NCBI GenBank assembly: GCA_964494385.1
Contig: CAZBSE010000003.1
Location: forward strand, 7,849 to 71,848
Direction: 5' to 3'
Length of the DNA: 64,000 nt
DNA from: an uncultured Actinomycetota bacterium
GTDB taxonomy: Bacteria; Actinomycetota; Humimicrobiia; Humimicrobiales; Humimicrobiaceae
The position numbers and the translations under genes were made by a program. Under the pieces are notes generated by a model that was not told the DNA's origin, searched no databases, and was given only the letters and a program-made list of their open reading frames with translations. Below are positions 38,086 through 47,890 of this stretch, piece by piece; the stretch's first letter is position 1; every line of letters begins with the position of its first letter.

Positions 38086-38252
38086 TCTGAAAACTTTTAA
38101 AATTTTTACAGGAAATTACTGACAGTACTGTAATTATTTTTAGTTTATTCATTAATTTAGTTTTATTAATTTACAGCCAAGTAAAAGATTATAAAAGTAA
38201 GAGAAATATAAAAATTTAACGTTACGGCGAAGGAGATATAAGAATAAAAAAC

Positions 38253-39482
38253 ATGGGAAAATTAGAGATCTGTAATAATTTTAAAAAATTAAATGATTTA
38301 TTTGTTAAAATGTTTATGGAGGGGGGCCGGAAGAAAGGAGGTTCTTTTAGAAAAGAAGAACTTATAAATATTTTATCTCCCGGAAGGGTAAATATAATTG
38401 GAGAGCATACGGATTATAATTTAGGGCTCTCTATAAATGCTGCCATAAATAAATACATATTTATAGCAGGATTTAAAAATAATTTGGATTATATAGAAGT
38501 TTTTTCAAAATACTTAAATGATTCCAATAAATTCCTGCTGGGTGATATTACTTTTGATAAAAATGTAAGCTGGATAAATTATATAAAAGGAGTTTTAAAA
38601 GAGTATGCTTGGAATGGCCATAGAATAGGTGGATTTAATATGGTTGTTGACAGTGATCTGCCTATAGCTGCCGGTATGAGCTCATCGGCTTCTCTTGAGG
38701 TTGGAGTCGCAAAACTTATTGAACAGCTTTTTGATTTGAAGACTGATAGAAGGAAAGTGGTAAAATATTGTAACAGCGCCGAAAATAATTTTGTGGGAGT
38801 AAACTGTGGATTCATGGATCAATTTGCTGTAACCTATGGGAAGAAAAATAATGTAATCTATTTAAATTTTAAAGACCTTTCTTATGAATATATTCCTTTT
38901 AATCTTGAGGATAATTTAATCTTAGTTATTAATTCTAAAGAAGAAAGAAATCTGGCGAATACTGAATATAATAAAAGAAGAAAAGAATGCAATGATGCAG
39001 TTCAGCTAATAGTCAAAATAACAAAAAATAAAAACATTAAATCCCTATCGGATATCAGTCCGGATATGCTGTCTAAGCTAAAAGATAAAATGCCTGAGAA
39101 ATTGTTTAAAAGAGTTAAGCATGTTGTAACGGAAAATAATAGAGTCTTATTAGCAAAAGAATATCTGCTTAAGGGAGATATTGAAAAATTGGGTAAAGTA
39201 TTATTTGAATCACATGACAGCCTGAGATATGATTATGAAGTATCAACAGAGAAGCTTGATTATCTGGTTGATGAGATGAAAAAAATCAAAGGAGTTTATG
39301 GCGGAAGGTTAATGGGAGCAGGGTTTGGGGGCAGCATTATCAGTATTGTAAAGAGAAGCGAAATTGATATTATTACTGATGTAATAGGCAGTAAGTTTTT
39401 AAAAAAATTCAATATTTCTCCTGATTTTATAGAATGTTTGTTCTCGGACGGAACAAGAAGAGTGAAATTAAAAGATTCATGA
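38253..39482 (+). CDS. galK: galactokinase
   Basis: The galactokinase signature PGRVNIIGEHTDYN is present, with the GHMP motif PIAAGMSSSASLEV. Confidence 0.85.
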   Translation: MGKLEICNNFKKLNDLFVKMFMEGGRKKGGSFRKEELINILSPGRVNIIGEHTDYNLGLSINAAINKYIFIAGFKNNLDYIEVFSKYLNDSNKFLLGDITFDKNVSWINYIKGVLKEYAWNGHRIGGFNMVVDSDLPIAAGMSSSASLEVGVAKLIEQLFDLKTDRRKVVKYCNSAENNFVGVNCGFMDQFAVTYGKKNNVIYLNFKDLSYEYIPFNLEDNLILVINSKEERNLANTEYNKRRKECNDAVQLIVKITKNKNIKSLSDISPDMLSKLKDKMPEKLFKRVKHVVTENNRVLLAKEYLLKGDIEKLGKVLFESHDSLRYDYEVSTEKLDYLVDEMKKIKGVYGGRLMGAGFGGSIISIVKRSEIDIITDVIGSKFLKKFNISPDFIECLFSDGTRRVKLKDS

Positions 39483-39717
39483 AAGAGATTGGGAAAGGAA
39501 AATTTAAGTTAAATAAAAATGTAGGAGCAGGGATTAAAAGCAATGGTAAAAAAGACAGTAGAGATAAACAATCCAGCAGAAATGAATCTTTAAATAGTAA
39601 AGAATGCAAAGAAGGCTTAAACCTGAAAAAGAAAGTGATAATAAAAAATGACGGAAGGTATTTGATATATTACGATTTTCAGGATAATTCCGGATAGAAC
39701 AAGGGAGGCATAAAGTA

Positions 39718-40695
39718 CTGGAACTAAGATATGACCCTATAAAAAATATGCTAGTAGCTGTTGCCACAAAAAGACAGGACAGAACTTTCCACCCGCCCAA
39801 GGATTTTTGTCCACTTTGCCCGACAAAGAACGATAAAATAAAAACAGAAATTCCGGCAAGTAATTATGATATCGTGATTTTTGAAAACAAGTTTCCGACT
39901 TTTAGCGAAAATCCTGACAGTGTAGATAATAAAAAATTAAATATCGGAAGCGATTTTCAATATGAGCTGAAAGAGTCCAGAGGTATCTGTGAAGTAGTCT
40001 GCTACACTCCAAACCATAATATGTACCTGGAAGATTTACCGTTGGAAAAGATAAACAACCTTATAAATGTGTGGAGAGATCGATATTTGGTCCTTGGAGG
40101 GAAGAAATTTATAAAATATATTTTAATTTTTGAAAATAAAGGAAAAGAAATAGGAGTTACTCTTTCGCATCCACATGGTCAGATATATGCATTTTCATAT
40201 ATACCACCGATAATTTTAGAAGAGTTAAGGTCGTCAAAAAATTTTTACCTGAAAAATAAAAAATGCATTCACTGCAGGATAATTGAAAGGGAACTAAGAA
40301 ACAGGATCAGAATTATTACCTCTAATAAAGATTTTATTGCATTTATCCCTTTTTACGCCAGGTGGCCATATGAGGTTCACATTTATCCCTTGAGGCACCT
40401 TGAGAGTCTGTGCCAGTTGAATGATAGAGAAATAAATTCTTTATCTTCAGTGATTAAAGAGCTTATAAGTAAATATAATAAATTGTTTAATTTTAGGATG
40501 CCTTATGTGATGGTTATTCATCAAAAACCAACGGATAATAGAAGTTATGACTATTATCATTTTCATTTCGAATTCTACCCACCATATAGAACCAAAGATA
40601 GACTTAAATACTTGGCAGGATGTGAATTAGGGGCGGGAACATTTTTAAATGATACTCTGCCGGAGGAAAAAGCTGAGGAATTAAGAGATTGTTGA
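39718..40695 (+). CDS. galT: galactose-1-phosphate uridylyltransferase (HIT-like type 1 GalT). A CTG start is proposed and the start codon is uncertain.
   Basis: It has the HPHGQ active-site motif and the CPLCP zinc motif. The conserved N-terminal ELRYDPIKN lies upstream of the first ATG at 39748. A strong SD (AAGGGAGG) ends 9 nt before the CTG at 39718, and there is no in-frame ATG, GTG or TTG upstream. Confidence 0.75.
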   Translation: MELRYDPIKNMLVAVATKRQDRTFHPPKDFCPLCPTKNDKIKTEIPASNYDIVIFENKFPTFSENPDSVDNKKLNIGSDFQYELKESRGICEVVCYTPNHNMYLEDLPLEKINNLINVWRDRYLVLGGKKFIKYILIFENKGKEIGVTLSHPHGQIYAFSYIPPIILEELRSSKNFYLKNKKCIHCRIIERELRNRIRIITSNKDFIAFIPFYARWPYEVHIYPLRHLESLCQLNDREINSLSSVIKELISKYNKLFNFRMPYVMVIHQKPTDNRSYDYYHFHFEFYPPYRTKDRLKYLAGCELGAGTFLNDTLPEEKAEELRDC

Positions 40696-40784
40696 TAAAA
40701 TTTGATTTAAAGGTAAAATTATTATAATAAATCTTTAAATCTAGAAAAGAATTCTTAATAAAAATATCAGGGCAAAGTATTAAA

Positions 40785-42242
40785 ATGGTAAAAAAACAAA
40801 AAAAATCAAAATCTGATACCATCCAATCAGAAATTATGGACACCCTTATGATGGATGCTCTTATGGACTACCTTCCGGATAGTATATACTTTAAGGATCT
40901 TAAAAGCAGGGTTATAAGAGTTAATAAGGCCTGTGCAGATAAAGCTTATGGAATGAGCACGGATGGAGCAGTTGGTAAAACAGATTTTGACTTTTTTTCC
41001 GAAGAACATGCAAAACAGGCTTATAAAGACGAGCAGCTAATAATAAAAACAGGAAAACCTATCGTAGATATGCAAGAAAAAGAAACATGGTCGGGAAAGA
41101 AAAGCAGATGGATATCATCAACGAAAATGCCTTTTTACGATAAAAAAGGTAATATTATAGGTACATTTGGTGTTTCGCGGGATATATCGGACAGAAAAAA
41201 GGCACAAGAAAAAATAAAATACCTCTCCTTCCACGACTCGCTTACAGGACTCTACAACAGAGCATATTTTGATGAAGAACTAAGAAGGCTCGACACCGCA
41301 AGGCAGCTTCCCATAACCATAGTGATGGGCGACGTAAATGGGCTTAAAGTAATAAATGACGCATATGGTCATGAAAAGGGGGATCTGTTTCTAAAAAAGA
41401 TAGCCGATATACTAAGAGATATCTTTAGAAAAGAAGATATTGTCTCAAGATGGGGAGGAGATGAGTTTATATCAATACTTCCCGGTACTTACGAAAAAGA
41501 TACTAAAGCTATAATAAATAGAATAAAGAAGATGTGCATCGAAAGAAGTACAGCTGATATGCCCTTAAGTATTTCATTGGGGGTCTCGTCAAAGAAATCA
41601 CCAGATGAACCTATGGATTCCATACTAAGAGAAGCCGAAGATAGGATGTATAAGTGTAAACTCACCGAGAGCAAATCCACAAATGAAATCATTATATCTT
41701 CACTCAGAGAGAATCTAAAAAGAGGAGAATACCGTTGTGAGAAACATACCGGCAGGATGCAGCAGTATGCTCTTACGATAGGGAAAAAACTCAAGCTTTC
41801 GAGTATAAAACTTGATGAACTAAAACTACTTATGGATCTTCACAATATAGGAAAACTGGCGCTGGCAGATGAAATAATGTCAAAACCGGGAAGACTTTCA
41901 AACGAGGAATGGAAGATAGTACAAAAACTTCCCGAGATCGGATACCGTATAGCAGAATCATCAATGGTACTCAAGCCCATAGCGGAAGCAATACTCTCCC
42001 ACTATGAATGGTATAATGGCGAGGGATATCCAAGAGGAGTAAAGGGTGAAGAGATTCCCATACTTTCAAGAATATCATTTCTGATCAATTCCTATGAAGC
42101 CATGACCACAGACAAGCCATACAGAAAGAAGATGACGGGAAAAGAAGTAGTAAAAGAGATAAAAAGATGCTGCGGGACACAATTCGATCCTAATATAGTA
42201 AGAATATTTCTGGAAATATTGGAAAATAATTCTCAGGAATAA
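40785..42242 (+). CDS. PAS-GGDEF-HD-GYP c-di-GMP signalling protein (HD-GYP motifs partly degenerate)
   Basis: The GGDEF domain is intact (RWGGDEFISIL). The HD-GYP region reads DLHNIGK (HN where HD is expected) and SHYEWYNGEGYP. Confidence 0.8.
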   Translation: MVKKQKKSKSDTIQSEIMDTLMMDALMDYLPDSIYFKDLKSRVIRVNKACADKAYGMSTDGAVGKTDFDFFSEEHAKQAYKDEQLIIKTGKPIVDMQEKETWSGKKSRWISSTKMPFYDKKGNIIGTFGVSRDISDRKKAQEKIKYLSFHDSLTGLYNRAYFDEELRRLDTARQLPITIVMGDVNGLKVINDAYGHEKGDLFLKKIADILRDIFRKEDIVSRWGGDEFISILPGTYEKDTKAIINRIKKMCIERSTADMPLSISLGVSSKKSPDEPMDSILREAEDRMYKCKLTESKSTNEIIISSLRENLKRGEYRCEKHTGRMQQYALTIGKKLKLSSIKLDELKLLMDLHNIGKLALADEIMSKPGRLSNEEWKIVQKLPEIGYRIAESSMVLKPIAEAILSHYEWYNGEGYPRGVKGEEIPILSRISFLINSYEAMTTDKPYRKKMTGKEVVKEIKRCCGTQFDPNIVRIFLEILENNSQE

Positions 42243-42281
42243 CCGACTCGCTAAACTCTTCATAAAAAATAAAAACTCTTA

Positions 42282-44024
42282 TTAATCAGCGGTTTTATAC
42301 AATTTAAAATTATTGGTAATTGGATATCTTCTATCCTTACCGAATGCTCTGGGGGTTATTTTAATGCCCGGAGAACCCTGTCTTCTTTTATATTCATTTG
42401 AATCTACCATACCGATTATTTCTCTTACTATTCTTTGGTTAAACCCTTTCTTTAGAATGGAATAATAATCAGCGTCATTCTCTATATATGCTTTAAGTAT
42501 GGGATCCAGTATTTTATAGGGGGGCAGTTTGTCTTCATCCTTCTGATTAGGTTTAAGTTCCGCAGAAGGTGCTTTGGTAAGAATATTTTTGGGGATCATA
42601 CTGGAATATTTTTGGTTAATAAACTTGCAGACACGGTAAACCATGGTTTTATATATATCTTTAATTGGCGAAAACCCGCCAGCCATATCCCCATAAAGGG
42701 TACAGTACCCGACGCTTATTTCACTTTTATTACCCGTTGACAGTACCAGCCAGTTATTTTCATTGGCAGCGGCCATTATGATGTTTCCCCTTATCCTTGC
42801 CTGGATATTTTCCTTGGTTGTATTAATTTTACGGCTTTTAAATATTGGTTTTAAATTTTTAAGATAACTGCCGTAAATGTCCGAAATAGGAATAATAGTG
42901 TGCCTGATTCCGAGATTATGTGCCAGCTCTACAGCATCTTCTACACTTCCCCTGGATGAGTAGGCAGAAGGCATCAGTATCCCGTTTACATTTTCTCTTC
43001 CCAGGGCAAGGGTAGCGACGGCTGCAGTAAGTGCGGAATCAATTCCTCCGCTAAGGGCTATGACAACTTTAACAAAATTATTTTTACCGGCATAATCTCT
43101 GGTTCCCAGGATTAATGCCTTGAGTATTTCATGCTCCTTGCAAGGGATTTGCTGCTTATATTTTAAAATCTTTTTTCCTTTCAGTTTTACCGGTTGCTTT
43201 TTGAGGTGGTATTTTAAATCGATTAACGGCAGAGCCTTATGATATTTGCTTATTTCAGTCCTCCGATTTTTAAACCTTAAGTTTTTAAGTCTTGCCGCTG
43301 CTGCTCCTCCGGTATCAAGATCATATATTAATGCATCTTCTTCAAATGATGCCGCACGCTTCAGGATATCTCCTTTCTGGTTTATAATCAGGCTGTTTCC
43401 GTCAAATACCAGTTCATCCTGGCCCCCCACCAGATTTACATAAGCAATATTTACGCAGTTATCTTTGGCTGCATTGATTAAGACTTTTTCTCTTTCCATA
43501 ATTTTTTCAGTATGATAAGGAGACGCAGATATATTTATTATAAGTTCCGCTCCACCCAGGATGGACTGAATCTTTATGGGCCCTGAAGGATGAAATATGT
43601 CTTCGCATATATTAATTCCGATAATTTTTTCTGCTATCTTGAAAACATAATTTATATTACCTTTTTTAAAGTACCTTTCCTCATCAAAAACGGAGTAATT
43701 AGGCAGGAACTGTTTATTATATACGGATTTGATCTGTTTTTTATGGATTACCGCAGCCGAATTGTATATACCGTCCTTTCCCCTGTCAACGAATCCGGTA
43801 ACGGCAACAATGTTTGTGGCAATTTTTGTAAGTTTGGCCAGGCAGCTTATATTTTCGTCAATAAAAGAAGTTTTAAGCAGCAGATCTTCGGGGGGATATC
43901 CGGTAATGGAAAGTTCGGGAAATGCCACTATATCCGCATTATTTTTTTTTGCTTCCAGGATGTGGGAAGCAATAATATCATGGTTTCCTTTAATATCACC
44001 GACGGTCGGGTTTATTTGTGCCAA
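42282..44024 (-). CDS. nadE: glutamine-dependent NAD+ synthetase (N-terminal CN-hydrolase domain plus C-terminal NadE domain), TTG start
   Basis: The nitrilase-like N-terminus (ADIVAFPELSITGY) and the PP-loop SGGIDSALTAAVA are present. It is 580 aa long. Confidence 0.9.
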   Translation of the reverse strand: MAQINPTVGDIKGNHDIIASHILEAKKNNADIVAFPELSITGYPPEDLLLKTSFIDENISCLAKLTKIATNIVAVTGFVDRGKDGIYNSAAVIHKKQIKSVYNKQFLPNYSVFDEERYFKKGNINYVFKIAEKIIGINICEDIFHPSGPIKIQSILGGAELIINISASPYHTEKIMEREKVLINAAKDNCVNIAYVNLVGGQDELVFDGNSLIINQKGDILKRAASFEEDALIYDLDTGGAAAARLKNLRFKNRRTEISKYHKALPLIDLKYHLKKQPVKLKGKKILKYKQQIPCKEHEILKALILGTRDYAGKNNFVKVVIALSGGIDSALTAAVATLALGRENVNGILMPSAYSSRGSVEDAVELAHNLGIRHTIIPISDIYGSYLKNLKPIFKSRKINTTKENIQARIRGNIIMAAANENNWLVLSTGNKSEISVGYCTLYGDMAGGFSPIKDIYKTMVYRVCKFINQKYSSMIPKNILTKAPSAELKPNQKDEDKLPPYKILDPILKAYIENDADYYSILKKGFNQRIVREIIGMVDSNEYKRRQGSPGIKITPRAFGKDRRYPITNNFKLYKTAD

Positions 44025-44131
44025 GTATAGCCTTATGGTAGATATTTTTTACTCCTTTTTTCTAATTTACCAGATGGCGACTGCAGATTTTTAATTATAG
44101 TTTAAATTATAACTCTTTTTAAAAATTTAAT

Positions 44132-45325
44132 TCACTTTTTATATAGGGGAGAAATTTTCCTGAGATCGGATATGATTTTAGGAATTATTTCCAAAAAATA
44201 ATCTATATCTTCCCGGGTATTTTCGAACCCAAGAGTAATTCTCAGTGATCCATGGGCATCTTCTCCGGTTATGCCCATTGCAGCCAATACGCGGGAAGGT
44301 TTTAGTGATGAAGAAGAACATGCAGAACCGCTTGATACTGCTATGCCTTCATGATCCAGCTTCAGCACCATCGATTCGCCTTCAATATATTTAAATGAAA
44401 AGTTACAGTTACCGGGCAGCCTGCTGGCGGGGTGTCCATTTAATTTAATTTCTTCGATTTTATTTAAAAGGGTATTTATCAAATAATCTCTCATTTCCGT
44501 AATCTTTAATATTTTATCCGAAAGGTTTTTTTGACCTAATTCCACAGCTTTTGCAAGACCTGCTATTCCCGGTATGTTCTCGGTACCCGATCTTATTCCC
44601 TTTTCATGTCCCCCTCCTAAAATCTGCGGCTTTATCCTGGTGCCCCTTTTTATATAAAGGGCACCGATTCCTTTTGGGCCGTATATCTTATGGCCGGAAA
44701 GTGAAAGCAGGTCGACATTTAAATCATTGACCTCTGTTTTTATATTGCAGAAGGTCTGGACAGCATCGGTATGAAAAACAATACCGCGTTCCATCAGCAT
44801 TTTTCCAATTTCTCTGATGGGCTGAATAGTTCCCACAATGTTATTTGCATGCATAATGGTAACAAGTATGGTTCTTCCGGTTATAGATTTTTTAACATCA
44901 CCGGGGTTAATTATTCCATAGCTATCTACGGGGATATAAGTTATTTCAAAACCAAGCCGGGCCAATTTCTTTAAGGGCATGTAAACAGAAGGGTGTTCAA
45001 TTACGGATGTAATTATATGATTACCCTTTTTTCTGTATGCTTCTGCTGCCCCAAACAGGGCAAGATTATTACTTTCGGTTCCCCCGCTTGTAAATATTAT
45101 TTCTTTTGGTTCGGCCCCTAAAGAATCTGCAATTACTTTTCGGGAACGCTCAAGGATTTCTTTTGCCTTCTGCCCCGGAGAATGAGGCTCCGAAGCGTTT
45201 CCGTAGTAAACGTTAAAGCAGCTGTTAATCTCATTTACTACCGAGGGTAGAACCGGAGCAGTGGCGCCGTGATCAAAGTAAATATATTTTGATTTTCTTT
45301 TCACTGTATCATTATAAATTTTCAA
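44132..45325 (-). CDS. nifS: cysteine desulfurase (NifS/IscS, class V aminotransferase)
   Basis: The PLP-lysine region SGHKIYGPKGIGALYI and the C-terminal SSGSACSS active-site Cys loop are present. Confidence 0.85.
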   Translation of the reverse strand: MKIYNDTVKRKSKYIYFDHGATAPVLPSVVNEINSCFNVYYGNASEPHSPGQKAKEILERSRKVIADSLGAEPKEIIFTSGGTESNNLALFGAAEAYRKKGNHIITSVIEHPSVYMPLKKLARLGFEITYIPVDSYGIINPGDVKKSITGRTILVTIMHANNIVGTIQPIREIGKMLMERGIVFHTDAVQTFCNIKTEVNDLNVDLLSLSGHKIYGPKGIGALYIKRGTRIKPQILGGGHEKGIRSGTENIPGIAGLAKAVELGQKNLSDKILKITEMRDYLINTLLNKIEEIKLNGHPASRLPGNCNFSFKYIEGESMVLKLDHEGIAVSSGSACSSSSLKPSRVLAAMGITGEDAHGSLRITLGFENTREDIDYFLEIIPKIISDLRKISPLYKK

Positions 45326-45557
45326 CAGAGTGGACTAAAAACTACCATTGATTTTATGTACTGTCAATAATTAATTCCCTTATGAAATTGGCATGGGAAC
45401 GGAGCAATAATAAAGCTGTAAAATGTTATAATGAATACTATTAATCAATATAATTTTATTGTATACTACAATGGTTGATTGATTTGTCAAAACAGTTAAA
45501 TTTTATTAAAATTATCGAAATCCATTAATTTTTTTATTAATTTTATAAGGCAATTAA

Positions 45558-46403
45558 ATGTTAGGGAAGTTTTTACCATACATAGAAAAGATACTCCAGC
45601 ATACAAATGAGATCTTTATTATAAAAGATATTGAAAATAATATACTTTTTATAAATGAGAAAATAAGAGATTATGGATATGATCCTGCTAAATTGGTAGG
45701 AGAAAAATATTTGAGCCTTCTTTCCCCTAAACATAAAGGAAAGAGGTTTAAAAAGATTGTTAACAGAAAAAAAGCATTGAACTATGAAGTGGAATTTTTA
45801 AGAAACGATGGGACCATCGTAAATGCTTTAGCCTGTAATGCTCCGGTCTGGGGTGAAGACAGGAAGATTTTATTTGTTGTTTCGACTCTTGTGGATGTTA
45901 CTTCTTATAGAAAGCTGCAAAAAAAACTTATAGAAAATACGTATCTGGATTACCTGACAGGGCTTTATAATATCAGATACCTGTATAAAAGGTTAGGTGA
46001 GGAGATAAAAAGAAGTAAACGTAAGGATGAAAAAATTGCTATTGTAATGTTTGATATAGATAATTTTAAAAAATATAACGACACCTATGGCCACGATAGC
46101 GGAAATAAATTACTTAAGAATCTGGGGAGGATTATCCGCAAGAGCATAAGAAGCGGTGTTGACCTTGGATTTCGATTCGGCGGAGACGAATTTTTAATAA
46201 TAATAAATCAAGATAAAAAGAAAATTGCCTATGAAATTGCAAACAGGATTAGAGAAAATTTTATAAAACTAAATTATAAGACTCTGGATTTAAGCATAGG
46301 GATCGAGCATTACAGAGAGGGCTGCAGTATTAAGAATTTAGTAGTTCAGGCTGATAAGAAAGTTTACACGGCAAAAAAATCCAAAGAAAAAATAATTGAA
46401 TAA
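45558..46403 (+). CDS. PAS-domain diguanylate cyclase (GGDEF)
   Basis: The GGDEF motif is intact (RFGGDEFLIII), with a PAS-like region at the N-terminus. Confidence 0.8.
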   Translation: MLGKFLPYIEKILQHTNEIFIIKDIENNILFINEKIRDYGYDPAKLVGEKYLSLLSPKHKGKRFKKIVNRKKALNYEVEFLRNDGTIVNALACNAPVWGEDRKILFVVSTLVDVTSYRKLQKKLIENTYLDYLTGLYNIRYLYKRLGEEIKRSKRKDEKIAIVMFDIDNFKKYNDTYGHDSGNKLLKNLGRIIRKSIRSGVDLGFRFGGDEFLIIINQDKKKIAYEIANRIRENFIKLNYKTLDLSIGIEHYREGCSIKNLVVQADKKVYTAKKSKEKIIE

Positions 46404-46484
46404 TTTATTAAAATTATTTTAAAAATCAATTCATTTTACTATAATAGACTCCTGATTTGTAAGGAGTTTATTTTTATTTTATTA

Positions 46485-47123
46485 TTGGGCGGGAATCCTT
46501 TATCTTTAAATAATTATAAGGCCGGGAGATTTTTGAATAAAATCGCAAAAATAATATCATATATTTTTGATGGGTCATTCATATCCATTCCAATTTTTTT
46601 AATTATCTGTTTTATGGTGGTAGAGAATAAAGTTGAGGCTATTGGCTGGGCCTTTCTTTGTTTAACTTTTGGAGCCATTGTGCCGTATATTTATATACGG
46701 TTTTTATATAAGAAGAAGAGAATAAACGATATTCACATACCTATAAAGGAAGAAAGAATAAAGCCGCTGCTGGTATCCTGTGTTAGCTATATAATATGTT
46801 TTCTTGTTTTATATATAATGGATGGGCCTTTGTTCCTAAAATCCGTTTTTGCTGTAAGTGTTGTTTCTACAGTTATTTTAACCGTGATAACCTACTTCTG
46901 GAAGATTAGCCTGCATACCAGCTGGGTAACCTTTGTGGTCATTACCTTCAATATTTTATTCGGCAGGTGGATGCTGCTTCTGATTCTGTTAATTCCTGCT
47001 ATCGGCTGGGCAAGAGTCAGGATTAAAAGGCATACCGTAATCCAGGTGATATCAGGGGCCGGAATTTCTATGGTAACCACATTTTTTATTTATTATAATT
47101 ACGGATTCATTAATTTATTTTAA
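46485..47123 (+). CDS. PAP2-superfamily-like integral membrane phosphatase (tentative)
   Basis: It has 6 TM helices and loose matches to the PAP2 motifs (SLHTS ... ARVRIKRHTV). Confidence 0.35.
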   Translation: MGGNPLSLNNYKAGRFLNKIAKIISYIFDGSFISIPIFLIICFMVVENKVEAIGWAFLCLTFGAIVPYIYIRFLYKKKRINDIHIPIKEERIKPLLVSCVSYIICFLVLYIMDGPLFLKSVFAVSVVSTVILTVITYFWKISLHTSWVTFVVITFNILFGRWMLLLILLIPAIGWARVRIKRHTVIQVISGAGISMVTTFFIYYNYGFINLF

Positions 47124-47200
47124 CAGGTACCGCAATTATCTTTAAAAAAGACTCTCCGGAATTTCACCAATGCTGACCAATAAACAAAGGGATATTAAAT

Positions 47201-47869
47201 TCAAATACAGGTGGATAGAATAAGCTTGTGCAGATTGTAGGAGACAAGCAATTCTATAGATAACAGAGCTGCAGCTATTGCAGAAGGTAAAATTAAATAT
47301 TTACTCATCAAGGCGGATGCTTTACGGGAAAAAGGCGGGATCAAAAGTACCATTACCAGATTTACAAAATAAAATGTAAACAGGATTGAAAGTACTGACA
47401 GATAATAGTAAAGGGAACCTAAAAAATCAATTCTGAACAGGGTTAAAGCGATGAATACTGCCAGGATAAGGAGATAGATTATAAATTTTTGGGGCCTTTT
47501 AAAAAGCTTTCCTTTTTTTGACTGCTTATAATATTGAAATACGAAGACGGGGTAAGTTATGACCATAACCGATGAACCGCATAGCAGGCCGGTTATAAAC
47601 CTTATGTTATTATTTGTATTGTAAAGGCCAAAGTTGGAAGCAATGCCGTCAATTATCATGGATAGAAAAAAAATAGAAAATATTATTAAAATATAGGGTG
47701 GAGGAAGATCATTTTCTTTTCCCCTGAACATTATAAATAAAATTATGGCTGTAACAAAAAAGCCCATATAAATACCGCTGCACCTGGAACAGACAGGCAG
47801 CACTGCATTCCCGATAGCAAGGCTCCGGGAAGGCAGTTGATGGCAGACTGAAAAGCCTATTGTTTCCAT
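47201..47869 (-). CDS. DUF2085 family membrane protein (paralog a)
   Basis: CHQLPSRS...LPVCSRCSGIY matches the DUF2085 N-terminal signature, which is followed by multiple TM helices. Confidence 0.55.
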   Translation of the reverse strand: METIGFSVCHQLPSRSLAIGNAVLPVCSRCSGIYMGFFVTAIILFIMFRGKENDLPPPYILIIFSIFFLSMIIDGIASNFGLYNTNNNIRFITGLLCGSSVMVITYPVFVFQYYKQSKKGKLFKRPQKFIIYLLILAVFIALTLFRIDFLGSLYYYLSVLSILFTFYFVNLVMVLLIPPFSRKASALMSKYLILPSAIAAALLSIELLVSYNLHKLILSTCI

Positions 47870-47890
47870 GAAAGAATTAAGTACCTGCAG

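Noticed and set aside
38120-38140. 10-bp palindrome ACAGTACTGT upstream of galK, as a possible GalR/LacI operator.
   Set aside because: Perfect 10-bp palindromes are expected dozens of times by chance in 64 kb. It is not CG-centred like LacI-family sites, and no second copy was seen.
39434-39697. 87-aa Lys-rich ORF between galK and galT as a real protein-coding gene.
   Set aside because: It has low-complexity K/N/S-rich composition, overlaps the galK 3' end, and has no motif. It is more likely an A-rich leader or spacer. It is retained only as a note in the galT start finding.
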